Below are positions 27,579-32,669 of a stretch of DNA of 32,669 nt, in pieces. Numbering within the stretch: the stretch's first letter is position 1; each line of letters begins with the position of its first letter. The translations under genes were made by a program, and so were the position numbers. The DNA is from Planctomycetota bacterium (GTDB taxonomy: Bacteria > Planctomycetota > SZUA-567 > H5-PLA8): NCBI GenBank assembly GCA_045863855.1, contig BTVV01000066.1, positions 1 through 32,669 on the forward strand, written 5' to 3'. The notes under the pieces are model-generated. The model worked only from the letters and a program-made list of their open reading frames with translations, searched no databases and had not been told where the DNA came from.

Positions 27579-27624
27579 CGCTTCCGATCCTCATGCCAAA
27601 CGCTAACTGTAAGATGCGGAATAG

Positions 27625-27653
27625 GTTGTAGCCTTCACCCGCGATCCTGTCAA
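27625..27653 (-). promoter_or_regulatory. Sigma70-type promoter of the HEAT-NPCBM-MBL-MBL operon
   Basis: TTGACA (27653-27648), 17 nt, TACAAC (27630-27625). Confidence 0.65.
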
Positions 27654-27846
27654 ACCGGCCCCATCCCAGCGTATCCTTATATACAGACGCACCGCAGCCG
27701 CCCGGCAGCCCCCAATTGCCCCACGAACCGGCCCGCGAGCCGAAGCCCCGAGCCGGTTCCCAGTTCCCTTAGAGATTTTAGTTGATCAAGAAGTGCCGAC
27801 AGCGCCCCGCCCGCCAGCGAGACGGTTGACCGCTTACCGCGCCCTG

Positions 27847-30567
27847 CTACTTCTTCGCCTCCGGAGCCGCCGCCTCCAGCGCGCGCACATCCGCCGACTT
27901 CAATTCCGGCCGCAGCGCCGAGATCGTCGCCTCGTGATCCGCCGCCCACACCAGCTTGCGCTTCGAATCGTACGCCAGCCCCAAAGCTACGTTGTACGTC
28001 TTGCCCGTAACCTCCGCGCCGCCCAGCAGCACCGCATGCCACGCGTTCTTCGCGCAGTCGTACAGCGGCCAGCGCATCTTCCCCTCCGCGTCCGGTACGC
28101 GCGAAGCCACCAGCACCGCGTCCCACTCCGGCAGATACACCAGCTCCCGGCAGTTGAACTTCTGGCCGCTGTTCAACCCCTCCGGTTCCAGCGCCTTCAC
28201 CTCGCCCGACTTCGAATCGTACGCCGCCACGTAGGGGCCCGCGAAGAGCAGCATCCGCCCGCGCTTCGTATCGTACGCCATGCCGTGCCCTTCGTGGCTG
28301 GGACCGGGCAGCTTCGGCCCCGACCGCGCCTGCTTCTCCCACGAACGCTTCGGCACGTCCGGCCGCCAGAACTCCCCGCTCGCCCAAGCCAACAGGCCAT
28401 CCCCGTCCGGATACAATCGGTCGAACCCGTAATGCGCTTCCCAAGGCGTCGCCAGCGGCCCCGGCAGCCACTCCCCGCCCGCCGGATCGTACGCAAAGTA
28501 CAGGCTCGCCTTCACCGTCCCCTCCGCCAGCGTCTGCCCGCAGACGACCGCCTTGTCCGAACGCCGGTCGTACCCGTACGAATGATACGAATGCCCCGTC
28601 ATGAACGCGCGGTTGCGGTACGACGTCGTGTTCTTCATCCCGCCCTGTCCGGCCGCGTACATCAGCCCGAACTCCGGACGATGCCCGATGTAAAAGCGGT
28701 TCGAACGCAGGCTGTAGTGCAGCACGCTGTTCCCCACGTACGCCACGTGCCCCCCGCCCCACTGCAAAAGCTGGTCCCGCTCCGGATCGTAGATCGTCGT
28801 GCCCCAAGCCCGGTTGTCCTTCGGATTGTTCTTCTGCCCCGCCCGCTCGCGCGTCACCCACGCGTTGGCCGGAAGCGCCTCGATCCACGCCTGCTGCTCC
28901 GCCGTCTCGACCGCGCCCGCCTGCTGCTCGTACCAGCGCGGATCGGCCGTCGGACCGCCCTCGAACGTCTCCGTCCGAAACGGCACGCCCTTCTGCTGCG
29001 TCCCCGCCGCGTCCACCTTGGACACGTCGATCCGCGCCGCCCACGTCGAGAACCGCGGCACCTTGCTCTCGTTGCGGTTCGAAAGCGTCACCACCACGTC
29101 GCCCGGACCCGCCGCCGACATCTCGGGCTGCCAGCCCCACGTGCTCGCGTTCGACGTCAGGACCTCACGCTTCGCCCCGCCCTCGTCCAGCAGGCTCCAC
29201 GCATCGGCCTCCAAGTCGTAACACCACAGCTCAGCGCGACCCGCGCCGTCCACCAGCACGAACTTCCCGCTCTGCGGCAGCCAGACCAGACCGTGCCCGT
29301 AGCGCGGAGCCGGAGACACCGCCGGACGCCGCTGCTCCCACGTCCGCGTCGCGCAGTCGTACACCCACGTATCGGCCGTCAACCGGTCCAGACGGTGCCC
29401 GCCGAAGAGCAGCATCTTGCCGCGCCGAGCGTCGACGGCCGGGCGAGCGTACGCGCGCTTCGGAGGATGCGCGGCCAGATCCTCCACCACGTCGTCCAAC
29501 GCCTCCCAAGCCTCCTCCGCCGCCGCGATCCCCTCCGGCGTCACGCGCGAGGACAGCAGCCCCTGCGCCTTGCCCAGATGCTCCAGCGCGCGCTTCAGAT
29601 CCTCCGCCGCCCAACCCAGTTGCCGCTTCTCGTACGCCCCGGCCTTCCCCGCCGCGCCCGCAGTTTCCGAAGCGAACGCCGCGGCCTCCTTCGCCAGACC
29701 GGCGCACACGTCCTCCAGCTTCACCGCCGCCATCGCCGCGCTCTCGGTCACGTAGTACCGGGCGCGGCAAGCGCCCGTCAGATGCCGCACGCTCCGCGCC
29801 AGCGCCTCGGCCTTGCCGCGCAACCCGTTCACCAACGCGCCGCCGAAGACCTGTTCTTCCCATTTCCCGTTGCGCAGCGCCCAGCGGCACGCCCCTGCTA
29901 ACACCTCCCGGTTCACCGGGTCGTAGCACATCGAATTGAAAACCAGATCGTCCCAGAAGGCGTACGGAGCGCCGTCGGCCGAGGCCAGATGCGACCACAC
30001 CCGCGTCTTCGGATCGTACTCCCACGTCTGCGACAGGCGGTGGAACGGGACCACCACCTTCCCTCGAGCCGCGTCGTACGCCGCGTTGCCCCACAGCTCC
30101 ATCCGGCTGTTGTAGCCATACGCCAGATTCGGCCGCACGTTCCCTTCGAGGTCCTTGAACGCCGAGTACGGATGAAACGCCGGCGCCTGGCTCGGACCGG
30201 ACGGCTCGCCCCACTTCCCCTCCATCCCGATCGGAAAACGGTTCTCCCAGCGCGACGCCTTCAGATTCAACGTGACTTCCGAGTACACGCCGCCCTTCCC
30301 CGCCGCGCCGCCCAGCACCACGAACGAACGCTCTTCCGGAAGGTAGACCAGCCCCACCGAGTTGCGCGCGCCGTATCCGCCCGCGTCCAGCATGGTCCAC
30401 GCTTGAACCGGCGCCTTCACCAACGCCTCCGGCAACTCCAACGCCCCGCCAGACTCGAACGCCGGAACTTCCCCCGCGCCCGCCATCCCGGCCGCGCACG
30501 CCAGCACCGCCAGCAGCGCCGCCGCCCGGACCGAATCTCCGTACACCCCTCCAAGCCAGCGCAGCAC
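27847..30567 (-). CDS. Large secreted kelch-like beta-propeller protein
   Basis: AAGGAGG SD before GTG 30567; signal-like hydrophobic segment; kelch-like repeats (LLFGG...DTWVYD...WEQ..PAVSPAPRYGHGLVW; WEYDP; YDP/YDS). Confidence 0.85.
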   Translation of the reverse strand: MLRWLGGVYGDSVRAAALLAVLACAAGMAGAGEVPAFESGGALELPEALVKAPVQAWTMLDAGGYGARNSVGLVYLPEERSFVVLGGAAGKGGVYSEVTLNLKASRWENRFPIGMEGKWGEPSGPSQAPAFHPYSAFKDLEGNVRPNLAYGYNSRMELWGNAAYDAARGKVVVPFHRLSQTWEYDPKTRVWSHLASADGAPYAFWDDLVFNSMCYDPVNREVLAGACRWALRNGKWEEQVFGGALVNGLRGKAEALARSVRHLTGACRARYYVTESAAMAAVKLEDVCAGLAKEAAAFASETAGAAGKAGAYEKRQLGWAAEDLKRALEHLGKAQGLLSSRVTPEGIAAAEEAWEALDDVVEDLAAHPPKRAYARPAVDARRGKMLLFGGHRLDRLTADTWVYDCATRTWEQRRPAVSPAPRYGHGLVWLPQSGKFVLVDGAGRAELWCYDLEADAWSLLDEGGAKREVLTSNASTWGWQPEMSAAGPGDVVVTLSNRNESKVPRFSTWAARIDVSKVDAAGTQQKGVPFRTETFEGGPTADPRWYEQQAGAVETAEQQAWIEALPANAWVTRERAGQKNNPKDNRAWGTTIYDPERDQLLQWGGGHVAYVGNSVLHYSLRSNRFYIGHRPEFGLMYAAGQGGMKNTTSYRNRAFMTGHSYHSYGYDRRSDKAVVCGQTLAEGTVKASLYFAYDPAGGEWLPGPLATPWEAHYGFDRLYPDGDGLLAWASGEFWRPDVPKRSWEKQARSGPKLPGPSHEGHGMAYDTKRGRMLLFAGPYVAAYDSKSGEVKALEPEGLNSGQKFNCRELVYLPEWDAVLVASRVPDAEGKMRWPLYDCAKNAWHAVLLGGAEVTGKTYNVALGLAYDSKRKLVWAADHEATISALRPELKSADVRALEAAAPEAKK

Positions 30568-30840
30568 CGTGTACCTCCTTCGCACGCTTCCGGAGCGCCC
30601 GCACCCGGCCGCTCCTTCGCCTTTACACCCCAACCGCGCCCGCCCGAACCCCACCCTTCGTACCCCGGCCCCCAACCGAAGGGAACCGGAATCCCACGCC
30701 ATGAAACCTTTTGCAACGCGAATTAGCGCCAAGCCCGCCGAAGGCCTTTGCCAACCGTAGGATGGGCAGCGAATGCCGTAGCGTTAGAAAGAGTTCAGCC
30801 ACCCCTGCGCAAGGCGATTCAACGACCGGAAAGATAGGAG

Positions 30841-30862
30841 CGGCGGGCGCCCCCGCCCGCCG
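30841..30862. repeat. REP-like hairpin (same core as 4411-4427)
   Basis: CGGCGGGCG-cccc-CGCCCGCCG, preceded by GGAG. Confidence 0.5.
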
Positions 30863-30869
30863 GCACGAA

Positions 30870-30930
30870 GCCGACACCCTAGGACCTCATCGCCCCAACA
30901 TCTATTCAATCTGTATGGGCGGCCTAAACC
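30870..30930. repeat. Degenerate direct copy of the tnpA 3'-flank repeat
   Basis: Matches 31950-32011 in two blocks (29/33 and 19/20) separated by a diverged 8-9 nt stretch. Confidence 0.8.
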
Positions 30931-31751
30931 CCGCCGGATTTCTCATTCAGCAATCTAAGCACTTTCAGTCGGTGTTCAAGAATGCTCAACTCCACTTCGA
31001 ATAAACCAAGATCATCCTTCCGAGCCACGACCTGCTCCAAGACCTCGGCGAGTTCGCGGTCTTCGCTGAACCAGAAAATTAAGCTATCCATGGCTGCATT
31101 TCGATCTCGCCGATCGCCGCTTTGCCACTGATCTTTCATGCGTTTGACCCAATCTCGTTTCAAGCCTGACGGAATGGGAAATGAATGCGGCGCATGTTTG
31201 ATCCATCGGCGGTTCGCGAGAATGAGCAGGGCATGAGCGGCTCGCTCTTGCAACTCGGGATAAGGCGCATGCAGAAAGTGCTCAAGAATGGCCTTGTCCT
31301 GCTCGTGCGCGTCGTAGATGCCATAGTGCAGCAAGGCGCGCTCGAGTGCGTCGATCGGCCGCCTGAAAAGCCGTGAATTAAAACTAACCGCCGGCTCCCA
31401 TGATAGCTTTCCATCCTCGAATACCATCTTGATTAGATTGGGACGGTCTTGCTCTTTGCTCACGAAAACATACGAACCCGGCCGAACCCAAGGCGCGATC
31501 TCTTCCAAGATGTAGGTGTAGCACCGGCCGCACAGGCGGTAGTGCAGTTGGAAGAAATTTCCGGCGTTGTCCGGACTCACTTCCCAATGCTTTTCAGCGA
31601 GCAGTTGCGTGAGCAACGTCGAGGCATCGGCGGATGCGGCATCGCCGTCCGCGATAACGAACCCGGTTTCGATCAGGTGCTTGAGCGCAGCCGCGTGGTG
31701 CTCCCGCGCCAAAAAGAACTCCGTTTCCAGAACGATCTCCCACTGGCCCAT
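30924..31751 (-). CDS. Hypothetical protein, AT-richer than neighbours, flanked by repeats
   Basis: 275-aa ORF with GGAGG SD before ATG 31751; many A/T-ending codons; stop codon lies inside the repeat. Confidence 0.72.
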   Translation of the reverse strand: MGQWEIVLETEFFLAREHHAAALKHLIETGFVIADGDAASADASTLLTQLLAEKHWEVSPDNAGNFFQLHYRLCGRCYTYILEEIAPWVRPGSYVFVSKEQDRPNLIKMVFEDGKLSWEPAVSFNSRLFRRPIDALERALLHYGIYDAHEQDKAILEHFLHAPYPELQERAAHALLILANRRWIKHAPHSFPIPSGLKRDWVKRMKDQWQSGDRRDRNAAMDSLIFWFSEDRELAEVLEQVVARKDDLGLFEVELSILEHRLKVLRLLNEKSGGV

Positions 31752-31798
31752 CCGCGGCTTCCTCCGCCCTTGACCATTAAACAATTCGCCGTTCACCG

Positions 31799-32011
31799 CC
31801 CTTGTGCCAAAAGCACAACCTTTGTTAGCCTAGCGCGAAGCGCGCCCCACCCTCTGACGCCCTGCGAATTTGCCCTTACCAAAAACGCCCTTCTCCACCC
31901 TTGTGCCAAAGGCACAACCTTCGTTAGCCTAGGGCGAGGCGCGCCACGCGCCGACGCCCTAGGACCCAACCGCCCCAACATCCACCCCGCCCTGTAGGGG
32001 CGGCCTAAACC
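31799..32011. repeat. Tandem multi-hairpin REP-like units downstream of tnpA (99-bp period)
   Basis: CCCTTGTGCCAAARGCACAACCTTYGTTAGCCTAG at 31799-31833 and 31898-31932; long CCTAGG...CCTAGG hairpin; CCGCCCTGTAGGGGCGG at 31987-32003. Confidence 0.85.
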
Positions 32012-32018
32012 TCGTGCA

Positions 32019-32459
32019 TCAATCCCACACGAATCGCTCATCGAAATCCACACGATACCTGCGCAATAACTCCCGCAATTCTTCCTGAAAGGTCATCTTC
32101 GCGTGATGCGAACGCTGCTCTCGAATGTAACGTCTGCATGCCGCCGCGTTCGACTCGCCGATGGAAAACGCGCCGTACCCGCGCTGCCAATAAAACCGCC
32201 CGTGCGACTTCAGCCACACGGAACTGCTCTGCTTGAGTTTCTTGACCAGATCCGCGATGCAGGTGCGGCGCCCTAGCCCCACTAGGAGGTGAACGTGATC
32301 GCGCATGCCGCCGATCTGCAAAGCCGGGGAGTCGCACGAGCGCGCGACGGTGGCCAGGTACGCGTGCAAACCCCGCTCGAACGACGGATCGATGAAGGGT
32401 TCGCGGTCTTTGGTCGAAAAGACGATGTGGACCAGAATCTTGGAGAGCGACTGCGGCAT
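32019..32459 (-). CDS. tnpA: Y1 HUH tyrosine transposase (IS200/IS605 TnpA family; REP-associated type)
   Basis: HIVFSTK.R, HUH motif DHVHLL, WQRGYGAFS, catalytic Y..Q (RYIREQ..HH); 146 aa; no tnpB. Confidence 0.93.
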   Translation of the reverse strand: MPQSLSKILVHIVFSTKDREPFIDPSFERGLHAYLATVARSCDSPALQIGGMRDHVHLLVGLGRRTCIADLVKKLKQSSSVWLKSHGRFYWQRGYGAFSIGESNAAACRRYIREQRSHHAKMTFQEELRELLRRYRVDFDERFVWD

Positions 32460-32486
32460 GCCGACCCCTTCGGGATGCGCGTGACT

Positions 32487-32669
32487 CCGCCCCTACAGGG
32501 CGGAACGCCGGTTAGGGTTCCCGCTACCTAGGACATCGCCGCGCGAAACCGCGCGGCTCGTCCTAGGCTAACCAAAATCGCGCCTTTGGCGCGAAGGCGG
32601 AACTACTCTTTAGGAAAAAACCAACAGGACATCGCCGCGCGAAACCGCGCGGCTCGTCCTAGGCTAACC
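32487..32669. repeat. Tandem multi-hairpin REP-like units upstream of tnpA (96-bp period, runs to the window edge)
   Basis: Identical 44-mer AGGACATCGCCGCGCGAAACCGCGCGGCTCGTCCTAGGCTAACC at 32530-32573 and 32626-32669. Small hairpins at 32487-32503 and 32578-32594. Confidence 0.9.

Larger units (their letters stand above)
31799..32669 (-). mobile_element. REPtron-like locus: tnpA flanked by inverted REP-like arrays
   Basis: Exact 17-bp inverted repeat at 31987-32003/32487-32503, with the longer hairpin units inverted on either side of tnpA. Confidence 0.7.

Noticed and set aside
27726..27760. ncRNA or terminator at the GAACCGGC...GCCGGTTC hairpin
   Set aside because: No U-tract and no recognisable RNA family features; a GC-rich stem alone is insufficient.
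25085..29901. Long plus-strand ORFs (25085-27025, 26121-27785, 27793-29901)
   Set aside because: Antisense shadows of well-supported minus-strand genes in high-GC DNA; Ser/Pro/Arg-rich with no motifs.
16000..31000. Marked C-over-G excess on the plus strand
   Set aside because: Judged by eye only; consistent with ordinary replication-strand skew and codon usage, and no clear switch point was seen.
30924..31751. TnpB/IscB partner of tnpA
   Set aside because: No RuvC motifs or C-terminal zinc finger (only one CxxC, N-terminal), and it is separated from tnpA by repeat arrays.
31799..32011. Integron attC sites (GTTAGCC/GGCTAAC motifs)
   Set aside because: The motifs do not fit GTTRRRY/RYYYAAC, are not paired at both ends of one hairpin, and no tyrosine integrase is present in the window.
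32530..32669. CRISPR array (44-bp identical repeats, 52-bp spacer)
   Set aside because: Only two copies and no cas genes in view. The spacer contains a conserved hairpin and resembles the preceding linker, and the unit recurs inverted on the other side of tnpA, which fits REP-like repeats better.

Overview
High-GC bacterial DNA. The sulfatases, PhyH dioxygenases, NPCBM/HEAT/kelch secreted proteins and REP-like repeats suggest a PVC-type organism such as a planctomycete (inference). From left to right: a partial CDS; a sulfatase remnant with an internal deletion and frameshifts next to an intact Cys-type sulfatase; a LacI/FucI-like isomerase/ribokinase unit with a visible promoter and operator; an ABC exporter; AraC plus two PhyH-family dioxygenases. 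Next is an eight-gene minus-strand L-rhamnose-type catabolic operon (DeoR, FGGY kinase, RhaI, RhaEW aldolase/dehydrogenase, DUF4432 epimerase, LutABC). Then come a membrane protein, a four-gene envelope operon (PepSY-like/HEAT, NPCBM, a degenerate MBL lipoprotein, an intact MBL hydrolase) and a large kelch-like protein. The right end holds a Y1 HUH transposase flanked by inverted arrays of multi-hairpin repeats. A degenerate copy of that repeat also closes the neighbouring AT-richer orphan gene, giving a cassette-like arrangement that is the most unusual feature of the window.
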